NCBI GenBank assembly: GCA_963666215.2 | Contig: CAXWPL010000004.1 | Location: 64,001 to 128,000 of the forward strand | Source of the DNA: Acidobacteriota bacterium | Lineage (GTDB): Bacteria > Acidobacteriota > UBA890 > WLXD01 | DNA length: 64,000 bases | Direction of reading: 5' to 3' | In this document: one piece after another, positions 38,717 to 47,854 of the stretch | Layout of the letters: the number at the start of each line of letters is the position of its first letter | Position numbering within the stretch: the stretch's first letter is position 1 | The notes under the pieces: generated by a model | What the model was told of the DNA's origin: nothing | What the model saw: only the letters and a program-made list of their open reading frames with translations | Database searches by the model: none | Program-made: the position numbers and the translations under genes

Positions 38717-39859
38717 CTATAGAAGCGCGGCAAGGCCCGCGAGCCCGACGACCTCCAATTCCACACCGCCGAGCGAGCGGGCGAACGATCGATCGACGTC
38801 GGCGGCCACGAGCAGATTGCGTCCTTCTGGGTAGTGACTCCGAAAAACACGCAGGTTGCGCGACTCGAAGTGATCGGCCGACCACTTGCACTCGATAGCG
38901 ATCGGTGGGTGTCCCCGCCGCAGGAGGACGAAGTCGATCTCGTTGCCATGCTTGGAGCGCCAGTAGCGGACTTTCGCGCCGGGCGGAAGGTGCGCCTGAA
39001 TCTCGTTCAGCACGAGATGCTCCCAAAGCAGGCCCTTGTCCTCGGGCCGGAGCGCGGTCCATCCGCGGAAGTAGGCGACGAACCCGGTATCGAAGCCGTA
39101 AACCTTTGGGGCCGAAACGATCTCGGCGCGCGGACGGCGGGAGAACGGCCGCACTACGTGGGCAACGAGCGTGGCCTCGAGCACCTGTAGATAGTTCGCA
39201 ATAGTCGGGCGGCTCACCTCGCACGGTCGGGCATAGCGCGTGGCTTCGAACATGCCACCGCTGTGAACCATCACCAGCTCGAGGAAGCGCATGAACGACG
39301 ATCGCTCGCGAAGCCGGAACAGCTCGAGGATATCCTTGGCCCAATAGGCGTCGACCCACTCCTGGAATTCACGCTCGGGAAGCTCGCCGGGCGCACTGAG
39401 AAAGAAGGGCGGCAGGCCGCCGTGGAGCATGCGGGTGTCGACGCTCGATGACTCGAACGCCGCCAGATCGGCGGCGATCATCGGCGTCAGCCAGATCTCT
39501 TCTTTGCGACCGGTCAGCGTGTCGGCGAACTTTGCGCTCGCCGACAGACTCGACGACCCGGTCGCCAGTAGACGAGTCTCGGGAAAATGATCGGCCGCGA
39601 TCTTGAGCAGCTCCGCCGGCGCGGTAAGGCGATGGATCTCGTCGAGCACTGCGGTCCCGTTGCCCAGGGAGCGGAGGAACGCCTCCGGATCCTCCATCTG
39701 GCGGCGAACCCGCGGCAGCTCGCAGTCGAAGTACTCGCTATCGGCGATGCTCTGCGCCAACACCGTCTTTCCGGCTCGGCGGACGCCTTTGAGCCACACG
39801 ACGGTTCGGCGGTTCCATGCGTCGAGGATTCGATCGATCCAGAATTGACGCGGATACAT
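38717..39859 (-). CDS. AAA+ ATPase (AAA_14) with DUF4143 domain
   Basis: GVRRAGKT, LDEIH, TGSS, HGGLP, KVYGFDTG, EIDFV..IECK. Confidence 0.9.
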   Translation of the reverse strand: MYPRQFWIDRILDAWNRRTVVWLKGVRRAGKTVLAQSIADSEYFDCELPRVRRQMEDPEAFLRSLGNGTAVLDEIHRLTAPAELLKIAADHFPETRLLATGSSSLSASAKFADTLTGRKEEIWLTPMIAADLAAFESSSVDTRMLHGGLPPFFLSAPGELPEREFQEWVDAYWAKDILELFRLRERSSFMRFLELVMVHSGGMFEATRYARPCEVSRPTIANYLQVLEATLVAHVVRPFSRRPRAEIVSAPKVYGFDTGFVAYFRGWTALRPEDKGLLWEHLVLNEIQAHLPPGAKVRYWRSKHGNEIDFVLLRRGHPPIAIECKWSADHFESRNLRVFRSHYPEGRNLLVAADVDRSFARSLGGVELEVVGLAGLAALL

Positions 39860-39980
39860 GCAGATATTATTCCATATAGTTCAACTATTTGAAACCATGG
39901 ATCGCGCCACGCACCACGCAGGCTAACAAAACGGACCGTCAGCTCGCGCGTGTGGTACGCCGTCGGCGCCGACAGATTCG

Positions 39981-40421
39981 TCACGTCGACGAAGGCGCGT
40001 TGTTTCGGTGGATTTGCCCTTGAGACCGTGCCGTGAAATCTCGACTCTGAGAGGCCAGCTCCTCGACCGCGATGTCGCGACGGTTCCCGGCCCTGAGATG
40101 ATCCAGGCAGACGTTGGTGACGATGCGGTACAGCCAGGTCGAGAAGCGCGCTGTTCCCTTGAAGCTGTCGCGGTACCGCAGCACCCGCAGGAACGACTCC
40201 TGCAGCAGATCGTCGGCATGGTGACGGTCGCCGACCATCTGAAAGCACCGCCCCAGGACCTTGCCCGAGTAGCGCCCAAACAGCGTGCCCAGGAGGTCGA
40301 GGTGCCCCTCCTGAATGGCTCGCATGGTCGCTTCGTCGGATGGATAGTCCAAGCTCTCCGCCGGGGCCGACTCGTTGTGGCGCTGTGGTAAACCTCGCTC
40401 GCCCGTTTTAGACCGCGCCAC
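39981..40421 (-). pseudogene. Truncated ECF sigma factor (region 2 only)
   Basis: ADDLLQESFLR..FSTWLYRIVTN.CLD; ends before any region-4 HTH. Confidence 0.7.
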
Positions 40422-40465
40422 ATAACGGGTTGTTACACGGAGGCCAACATCGTCGGGCGTTGCGG

Positions 40466-43108
40466 TCAGCTCGTTCTCAGCGAGGTCAGCGGATCCATCC
40501 GACTTGCACGTAGGCCTGGCACCAGAACCGCCAAGACGCTCACGCCGCCAAGTGCGGCGACGACAATCAGGAAGGTCATGGTGTCGAGCGGACTCACCTC
40601 GTAGAGGAGGGTCTCGGCGTAGCGCGTCACTGCGATCGCGGCGGGAACGCCAATCGCGATGCCGGCGACGACAAAGAGCGCTCCCTGCCGTAGGACCATC
40701 CGCAGCACATCACCGGTCTGGGCGCCGAGCGCCATGCGCACGCCAATTTCCGTACGTCGCTGGGTCACGCTGAACGAAATCACGCCGTAGATGCCGAGGG
40801 CCGCGAGCACCAACGACGTGGCACCGAGACTGCCGAACAGGAGCATGCTCACGCGCCGGCCGGCCACCGAGTCGTCGACAATCGCGCCCATGCTGCGGAT
40901 CCACGATACGGGAACGTCAGCGTCGACGGCGCGAACAGCGCCCCGAAGTGTGGGCGCGAGCGCGGTGAGATCGAGCTCCGAGCGGACCACCAGGTCACGC
41001 GGCATGAAGAAACTGATGCCTTCCCATTGGAGATAGGACACGGTGAGCTCGGGCTCCGGGGAGGCCTCGAGCTGGAACTGGCGGACGTTGCCGGCGACGC
41101 CGACAACTCGCCAGGTCGGGCCCGACCAGAAGGCTAGCTCCTTGCCCAACGCGTCTTCGCCAGGCCAGAAGGCGTCGACCATTGCTTCGTTCACCACGGC
41201 GACTCGTTCGCCCTCGGCACCGTCGACGGATGTGAACGCTCGGCCGCGAACGGGAATCCCGGTCGTCTCGTAGTAGCCCGGGCCGACCACGCGGAGCACC
41301 GGGTACACGGTCTCTTCGGGCGGCGGCACGGGACGATCCGTGGCCTGCGCGCGGGTCGATCCACCTCGGAAGGTCATGGGCGTGAAGGTCACGAAACCAG
41401 CGTCGTCGACTCCGGGAATGGCCCTCACACTCTGAAGAACCTCCTCATAGAAGGTGGCACGCGCGCCCGGGGCGTCGTACTTGGCGTCGGTCAGGGCCAG
41501 TCGAGCCGCCACCACGCCCTCGGTGGCAAGCCCTGGGTCTTTTGAAATAACACTGGCGAAGCTGCGCATGGTGAGGCCGGAAACCACCAAGAGCACTATG
41601 GCCAGCGCGATCTCCGCCACCGAGATCACGCCACGCAAACGATGCACACCTCGACCGCCCGTGCCGCGACTCGCTCCGGCATTGATGAGCGCGCCCAAGT
41701 CGGTTCGCGCGGCGCTTAGTGCCGGAGCGAGCCCGAAGAGAGCAACTGTTGCGAGCGACACCAGCATCGAGAACGCGGCGAGTCGGGCGTCGACGCCAAT
41801 GCGATGGGCCACCGGCACCCCATCGGGCACCAAAACGCTGAGTAGCGTCATTCCCCAGGTAGCAAGCAACAGGCCGGCCACTCCGCCCATAACGGCGAGG
41901 GTCACGGCCTCGGTGAGGAGCTGTCGAACGATTCGACCCTTCGAGGCGCCGAGCGCCGTACGTAGCGCGATCTCGGCGGTCCGTGAGCTGGCGCGGGTGA
42001 GCAGTAGGTTGGCCACGTTGCCGCAGGCAATCAGGAGAACCAGGCCGGCTGCCGCGAGCACGAGCAACAAAGCATAACGGATCTCGCCCACCATCCGCGT
42101 GTGCAGCGGCGTCACCCGAGCGCCATGGGTCTGGCGAACCTGCCCGGCACCGGTGTCAGCGGCTTGCAATGCGCTCAGCGCGTCGAGCTCAGCCTGCGCG
42201 CTGGCGGCCGACACGCCGTCGGCCAGCCGACCGACCACTCCGAGATAGTGATTGTTGTCGCTGGCCGCGCCGGGGCCGAAGCCGGCCGGCATCCAGAGCT
42301 GGCTGGTGGTGTCGGGAAAGGCGAAGCCGGCGGGCATCACTCCGAGCACGACGACGGCGACGCCGTCGAGCAAGAGTGTGCGGCCAACCACCCCAGGATC
42401 AGCGCCGAACCGACCCTGCCAAAGGCCGTGGCTCAACACAACGTAGTCGCTGTTGCCTGGCGTATGTTCGTTCGCCGAGAAGGTCCGCCCAGCGAGCGGC
42501 GCCACGCCGAACAACGGAAAGAACGAGTGCGTCACCCGCTGGCCATGCAAGCGGAGAGGCTCTTCGACGCCGGTGAGATTCACATCCACGCTGATGTACG
42601 CGGCGATCTCTGAGAGACCTTGGGTGCCTTCCTCCCAGGCGGTGTAGTGCGCCGGCGACGGTGTGTCGGCATCTTCGTCCTCCACTGCAACCAACAGCTC
42701 GGGAGCAGCGAAGGGCAATGGCTGCAGCAACGTAGCGTCGATGATGCCGAAGATCGAGCTGGTGGCGCCAATGCCGAGTGCCAGCACCAGCACGGCGGTG
42801 AGCGTGAACGTGGGCGTGCCGGCGAGCGAGCGAAAGGCGTACCTGACGTCCTGTCCGAGAGTATCCAATTTCTGGCTCCAGTCTGAATCTGCGGGGATGC
42901 GTTTCGCGGTGCCGGCGGTGTTCCAGATCAACACCGCGGCCAGTTCTTTCCAGTATTCGGCCTGCGCGCGTAGTGACCCTCTCGAGTCGCGGGTGCGCGA
43001 GAAGAGCTGATCGAGATCGACCCGTGTTTGCTCGCGACGAGCCTCCGGTAGCAGGCGATCGAGCAGCCGGTCGCCAACGCCTCGCCGGCGACTCAACCGC
43101 GCGCCCAC
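40466..43108 (-). CDS. Duplicated MacB/FtsX-type ABC permease (ADOP-like)
   Basis: QDVRYAFRSL..P.FT, LLIACGNVANLLL, EIGVRMALGA. Confidence 0.9.
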   Translation of the reverse strand: MGARLSRRRGVGDRLLDRLLPEARREQTRVDLDQLFSRTRDSRGSLRAQAEYWKELAAVLIWNTAGTAKRIPADSDWSQKLDTLGQDVRYAFRSLAGTPTFTLTAVLVLALGIGATSSIFGIIDATLLQPLPFAAPELLVAVEDEDADTPSPAHYTAWEEGTQGLSEIAAYISVDVNLTGVEEPLRLHGQRVTHSFFPLFGVAPLAGRTFSANEHTPGNSDYVVLSHGLWQGRFGADPGVVGRTLLLDGVAVVVLGVMPAGFAFPDTTSQLWMPAGFGPGAASDNNHYLGVVGRLADGVSAASAQAELDALSALQAADTGAGQVRQTHGARVTPLHTRMVGEIRYALLLVLAAAGLVLLIACGNVANLLLTRASSRTAEIALRTALGASKGRIVRQLLTEAVTLAVMGGVAGLLLATWGMTLLSVLVPDGVPVAHRIGVDARLAAFSMLVSLATVALFGLAPALSAARTDLGALINAGASRGTGGRGVHRLRGVISVAEIALAIVLLVVSGLTMRSFASVISKDPGLATEGVVAARLALTDAKYDAPGARATFYEEVLQSVRAIPGVDDAGFVTFTPMTFRGGSTRAQATDRPVPPPEETVYPVLRVVGPGYYETTGIPVRGRAFTSVDGAEGERVAVVNEAMVDAFWPGEDALGKELAFWSGPTWRVVGVAGNVRQFQLEASPEPELTVSYLQWEGISFFMPRDLVVRSELDLTALAPTLRGAVRAVDADVPVSWIRSMGAIVDDSVAGRRVSMLLFGSLGATSLVLAALGIYGVISFSVTQRRTEIGVRMALGAQTGDVLRMVLRQGALFVVAGIAIGVPAAIAVTRYAETLLYEVSPLDTMTFLIVVAALGGVSVLAVLVPGLRASRMDPLTSLRTS

Positions 43109-43398
43109 AGTCGCTGCCGTACGTCTTGCGCCTCCTCGAGCGCGCGCGTTCCGGCACCAGTGAGCTCGTAGCAGCGGCGCGGCCGACCACCGCCGGCAGG
43201 AGCCGCGCCGACCCGGGAGGTCACAAGGCCCTTGCGCTCGAGGCGATCGAAGACGTTGTAGAGCGACCCCAGCGACGCGTTGCGTCCGGCTATCTCGAGC
43301 AACGAGTCCTTCACATCGAGAGCGCTGCCGCCGGCGCCGACCGATCGAAGGCCTAGGAGAACGATCTCTTCGAACTCACCGAGTCGCTCGCCCTTCAT
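43093..43398 (-). CDS. PadR family transcriptional regulator
   Basis: LGEFEEIVLL, GSLY..RLERKG, GGRPRR.Y.LT..G; overlaps the permease start. Confidence 0.9.
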   Translation of the reverse strand: MKGERLGEFEEIVLLGLRSVGAGGSALDVKDSLLEIAGRNASLGSLYNVFDRLERKGLVTSRVGAAPAGGGRPRRCYELTGAGTRALEEAQDVRQRLWARG

Positions 43399-43722
43399 CC
43401 CTCGTCTCCCTCCTCTGCCCCACCCGTCGGCCAGGCTCGGCAGGATCACTTTCTGTGTCTGGTCACGATCAATTACGACATTCTAGAATAAAAAGTTCCA
43501 ACGAGCTGCCGATTCCCGTCACCAGTACCAAGAAGGTCGTCGACGTGGCTACCCACTGCAGCGAGGACCGGCTGCGTCCGCGCTACCGACGGACGGGCTC
43601 GAGGAGCTGAAGGCGCGCGGGCCGACCGAACGCTGACGGGTCGTGGACGGAGCATCCCGGCCGACCGAGCGCCAGATCGCCAATCGGGTCGATCACCGCC
43701 GCTCGGATCTAGAGAATCGGAT

Positions 43723-45396
43723 CTAGAGAATCGGGACCTCGTCGTAGGTTCCCCAGACGTTGCGCAACGCGCCGCAGATGTCACCGACCGTGCAATCGGC
43801 CTCGACGGCGTTGATGATCGGGTAGACCGTGTTGTCGCCTCCTCGTGCCGCCGCCTCGACGTGAGAAAGCGCCTCGGACACACGCGCGGCGTCGCGGCGC
43901 GCCTTGAGATCTTTGATTCGGGCCACGATGCGCTCCTGGCCCGCCGGATCGACCTCGAACACCGGGATCTCGACCTTCTCGGACGACACGAACCGGTTGA
44001 CGCCGACGACCACGCGCTCCTCGCTCTCCACTTGCATCTGGTAGCGATAGGCCTGGTCGGTCAGCGCGCGCTGAAACCAGCCGCTCTCGATGCATCCGAG
44101 CGCTCCGCCACGCGTTTCGATCTCGTCGATGCACTGCCAGACGCGGCGCTCGATCTCGTCGGTGAGATGCTCGACCGTCCATGAGCCACCGAGCCCGTCG
44201 ATCACATCGGTAACGCCGGTCTCGTGTGCGATGATCTGCTGCGTGCGCAATGCGAGGGTCGCCGCGTCCTCGGTGGGAGTGGCGAAGGCCTCGTCGAAGG
44301 CCGTGGTGTGCAGCGTGTTGACGCCACCCAGCGCCGCCGCGAGCCCCATCAGCGCCACCCTCACGATGTTGTTCAGCGGCTGTTGCGCCACCAGGCGACC
44401 ACCGAGGGTGAACCCGAAGATCTTCAGGGCCATCGCCTGCGGATCTTCGGCGCCGTAGCGCTCCCGCATGAGCTTGGCCCACACGCGGCGCGCGGCGCGG
44501 AACTTCGCCACCTCCTCGAGAATCTGGATGTCGCTGGCGAGGAACGACCAGATGTTGGGCGCGAAGGTGTTGATGTCCACCCCACGCCGCACGGCCTCGT
44601 CGAAGTAGGCGATGGCGTTGGCGAAAGCGAAGGCGAGCTCCTGAACGGCCGTCGAGCCACTGTCGCGGATATGGTACCCGCTGATGGCCAGCGGCGTCCA
44701 GCTCGCCAGGCCTTCGCGGGCGCAGTACTCGATGACGTCGACGCTGTGTCGCAAGGATGGGGCCGGCGGGTAAATCTGCGTACCGCGGGCGATGTACTCC
44801 TTGAGCACGTCGTTCTGGATGAACAGCTTGATGTCGCGCGGATCCACTTCCTGCTTCTTGGCCATCGCTACGACCATGGCGGCGAACACGGGACCCATCG
44901 CGTTGGCTGTGGTTCGGATCTGCCGCACCTTGTCGAAGGGAATACCGGCGAAGAGGCTCACCATGTCTTCGAGCGACGCCAGGCTGACGCCCACCTTGCC
45001 CACCTCACCCTGGCTGATGGACGCATCGGGGTCGTAGCCGTTCTGCGTCGGCAGGTCGAGAGCCACCGAGAACCCCGTCTGCCCCTGGGCGAGGAGATGC
45101 CGGAAGCGCGCGTTGGTGTCGTCCGCCGACCCAAATCCGGAATACTGGCCGAAGATCCAGAGGTCCTGGCGGTACATGGCGGGATAGACGCCGCGCGTGA
45201 AGGGGTAGGCGCCGGGGAAACCCACCTTCTCGTCGCGATCCACCGCTTCGTCGAGCGCGTCGTGGAGCCGCTCCAGCGGTATGTCGCTGGCAGTGGCGAA
45301 GGCCTCCTTGCGTTCTCCTCGGCCCTCGAGGGCCGGGGCAAGAACCTCCTGCTCCCAGTCGGCTCTCGCCTCCTTCTGGCGTTTCCGATCGCTCAT
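43723..45396 (-). CDS. Acyl-CoA mutase large subunit (methylmalonyl-CoA mutase family) without a B12-binding domain
   Basis: [60 protein letters not shown]. Confidence 0.92.
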   Translation of the reverse strand: MSDRKRQKEARADWEQEVLAPALEGRGERKEAFATASDIPLERLHDALDEAVDRDEKVGFPGAYPFTRGVYPAMYRQDLWIFGQYSGFGSADDTNARFRHLLAQGQTGFSVALDLPTQNGYDPDASISQGEVGKVGVSLASLEDMVSLFAGIPFDKVRQIRTTANAMGPVFAAMVVAMAKKQEVDPRDIKLFIQNDVLKEYIARGTQIYPPAPSLRHSVDVIEYCAREGLASWTPLAISGYHIRDSGSTAVQELAFAFANAIAYFDEAVRRGVDINTFAPNIWSFLASDIQILEEVAKFRAARRVWAKLMRERYGAEDPQAMALKIFGFTLGGRLVAQQPLNNIVRVALMGLAAALGGVNTLHTTAFDEAFATPTEDAATLALRTQQIIAHETGVTDVIDGLGGSWTVEHLTDEIERRVWQCIDEIETRGGALGCIESGWFQRALTDQAYRYQMQVESEERVVVGVNRFVSSEKVEIPVFEVDPAGQERIVARIKDLKARRDAARVSEALSHVEAAARGGDNTVYPIINAVEADCTVGDICGALRNVWGTYDEVPIL

Positions 45397-45453
45397 CGGG
45401 CTACGACCTCCCCTCGACACTCGACGACGTTAACGCCGCGACCAGCATGCCAC

Positions 45454-47013
45454 TCAAACCTGCCGCTCGCGATCCCGCCAGTGAGGCTCGCGCAACTTCT
45501 TCTTGAGAATCTTGCCCGCCGGGCTCTTGGGAAGCTCGTCCACGAGCTCAACCGCCCTCGGCAGCTTGTAGCTCGCGAGGAGTCCGCGGCAGTGCTCGGT
45601 GAGCTCCTTCGGGCTCGCCGCCCGGTCGGGCTTGAACGCCACGACTGCCGTGACCCTCTCCCCCCATTCGCGGTCGGGCACTCCGATGACGGCGCACTCC
45701 GCCACTGCCGGGTGTCGGTACAACACCTCCTCGACCTCCCGTGGATAAACGTTGTAGCCGCCCGAGATGATCATGTCCTTCTTGCGGTCGACAATGAAGA
45801 GGTAACCCCCGGCATCGATCGTCGCCAGGTCGCCGGTCGAGAACCAGCCGTCTCGTAGCACCTCCGCGGTGGCTTCCGGCTGGTTCCAGTAACTGGCCAT
45901 CACGTGATCGCCGCGGATGAGCACCTCGCCGATCTCGCCGGCAGCAACCTCGTCGCCGGTCTCGTTGACCACCCTGACGTCGACGCCGATACAGGGACGG
46001 CCAGCGCTGGCCAACCGCCCCATTTGTTCGGGCGTCCCGTCCACCACATGGTCTTCTTTGGCCAGCGCCGTCGCCGGCTGCGGGGCCTCGCTGAGGCCGT
46101 ACACCTGGACGAAGACCGGCCCGAACGTCTCGATCGCTTCGCGCAGCCGCTCCGCCGGCATGGGCGCGCCCGCATAAACGATCGTGCGGAGGCTCGAAAG
46201 GTCGTACTGGGATCGATCGGGAAAGTCCAGGAGCCTGCCAATCAGCGTCGGCACCAGCCAGGTGGTGGTCACCCGGTGACGCTCGATGGCCTCGCAGTAG
46301 CTAGCCATGCTGAACTCGGGCAAAAAGACGTTGGTAGCGCCCTTGACGTAGTGGGTGAACACCTTGGTGCCGCTGCCGTGGGCCAGCGACGCAACGTGGA
46401 GCATGACGTCGGTCGAGTGGACGAAGTCCTCGTTGGCATACACCGTGAACGTCGAGACCCATCGCGACCGCACCGTCGTCATCGCGCCCTTGGGCCGGCC
46501 GGTGGTGCCCGAGGTGTACAGAATCATGTAGGGGTCTTCCATCTCGGTGGCGACGTGGGAGGGCTCGGGATCACCTGCCGCGACGATCTCGTTCCAGCCG
46601 AGGAACCCGGCGGGCGCGTCGTCGACGGCAACGAGATGGCGGACCGGCGTGGCCTGCGAGCGAATGCGCTCGATTACCTCGGCGAACTCGCCACCGTAAA
46701 TCAGCGCCGCCATTCCCGAGTCCTCGACGATGTAGGCGATCTCGGGGGGCGCCAGCCGCGGGTTGATCGGCACGCGCACCAGCCCGGCCTTGATCAGCGC
46801 CCAATCGGCGATGGTGAACTCGGGTCGATTCGGCAGGATGATGCCAACACGGTCGCCCTTGGCCAGCCCGAGGTCACCCGACAACACTTGTGCCAGGCGA
46901 TTCGACTCCGCCTCGATCTCGGCGAACGTCGCCTCGCGTCTACCCCAGATGATCGCCGTTTTCGCCGCGTGGTTGCGGCCGGCTCGCGACAGCAGGTCGG
47001 CGAGACGGTTCAT
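45454..47013 (-). CDS. AMP-forming acyl-CoA synthetase
   Basis: YTSGTTGRPKG, YGLSE, TGD, PKSPAGKILK. Confidence 0.92.
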   Translation of the reverse strand: MNRLADLLSRAGRNHAAKTAIIWGRREATFAEIEAESNRLAQVLSGDLGLAKGDRVGIILPNRPEFTIADWALIKAGLVRVPINPRLAPPEIAYIVEDSGMAALIYGGEFAEVIERIRSQATPVRHLVAVDDAPAGFLGWNEIVAAGDPEPSHVATEMEDPYMILYTSGTTGRPKGAMTTVRSRWVSTFTVYANEDFVHSTDVMLHVASLAHGSGTKVFTHYVKGATNVFLPEFSMASYCEAIERHRVTTTWLVPTLIGRLLDFPDRSQYDLSSLRTIVYAGAPMPAERLREAIETFGPVFVQVYGLSEAPQPATALAKEDHVVDGTPEQMGRLASAGRPCIGVDVRVVNETGDEVAAGEIGEVLIRGDHVMASYWNQPEATAEVLRDGWFSTGDLATIDAGGYLFIVDRKKDMIISGGYNVYPREVEEVLYRHPAVAECAVIGVPDREWGERVTAVVAFKPDRAASPKELTEHCRGLLASYKLPRAVELVDELPKSPAGKILKKKLREPHWRDRERQV

Positions 47014-47035
47014 GAGATCGGCTCTCCGCGCTCGG

Positions 47036-47854
47036 CTAGCACATGAAGCGGCCACCGTTGGCGTCGATGACCGTTCCGGTGATGTAGCGGGACCCTGGTC
47101 CCGCGAGAAAGACGACCACCTCGGCCTGCTCCTCGGCGCTCGACAGCCGCCCGAGAGGGATCGTGCTCAAGGTCTCCTGCTGCTGCGCCGGCGTCAGCTC
47201 GTTCCATAGATCGGTCATTCTCTCGCCGCTGAGAACCGTCCCGGGCGCGGTCGCATTGACGTTGATGTTCCACTCACCGGTCTCCTTTGCCAGGCGGCGA
47301 GTCAGGCCAATCAGCCCGGCCTTGGCGGCGGCGTAGGGCACGCCCGTGACGATGCTGGCCGTGCGGCCACCGATCGACGAGATGTTGATGATCCGCCCAC
47401 CGCCGAGCTCGCGCATGACGGGCACTACCGCCTGACAGAAGAGGAACGCCCCCTTCAGGTTGACGTCGAGGACGAGATCCCAGTGGCTCTCCTCGATCTC
47501 GTCGAGGTTCTTAGGGGTGTACAGACTGCCCCCGGCGTTGTTCACCAGGATGTCGACGCGCCCCAGCCGCTCGCGCACCTGCGACACCGTTTCACGTACT
47601 TGCGGGGGCTCGCGCACGTCGCAGGAGATGCCCACAAAACGCCTTTGCGGCACCGCCGCCGCGAGCTCCACCGCAGCCGCATCGAGGCCTTCCCGATCGA
47701 CATCGACGATCGCCACGTCGGCACCGGCCTGAGCCATCGCCCTCGCGAATGCGCGCCCCAGGCCGCCGGCACCGCCCGTCACGATGGCCACCTTGCCGCC
47801 CAGGGTCGCTGCCGTTCCGCCCTTGTTGGAATCCGAAACAACCGGTTCGTTCAT
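47036..47854 (-). CDS. SDR oxidoreductase (FabG-like)
   Basis: TGGAGGLG, NNAG, NISS, YAAAK. Confidence 0.92.
   Translation of the reverse strand: MNEPVVSDSNKGGTAATLGGKVAIVTGGAGGLGRAFARAMAQAGADVAIVDVDREGLDAAAVELAAAVPQRRFVGISCDVREPPQVRETVSQVRERLGRVDILVNNAGGSLYTPKNLDEIEESHWDLVLDVNLKGAFLFCQAVVPVMRELGGGRIINISSIGGRTASIVTGVPYAAAKAGLIGLTRRLAKETGEWNINVNATAPGTVLSGERMTDLWNELTPAQQQETLSTIPLGRLSSAEEQAEVVVFLAGPGSRYITGTVIDANGGRFMC

Noticed and set aside
43473-43489. PadR operator (TTACGACATTCTAGAAT)
   Set aside because: Single, imperfect palindrome; support too weak to list as a feature
43473-43722. Mutase small (B12-binding) subunit downstream of the mutase
   Set aside because: No DxHxxG-containing frame found
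44224-45858. 544-aa plus-strand ORF
   Set aside because: Antisense to the mutase and ligase genes
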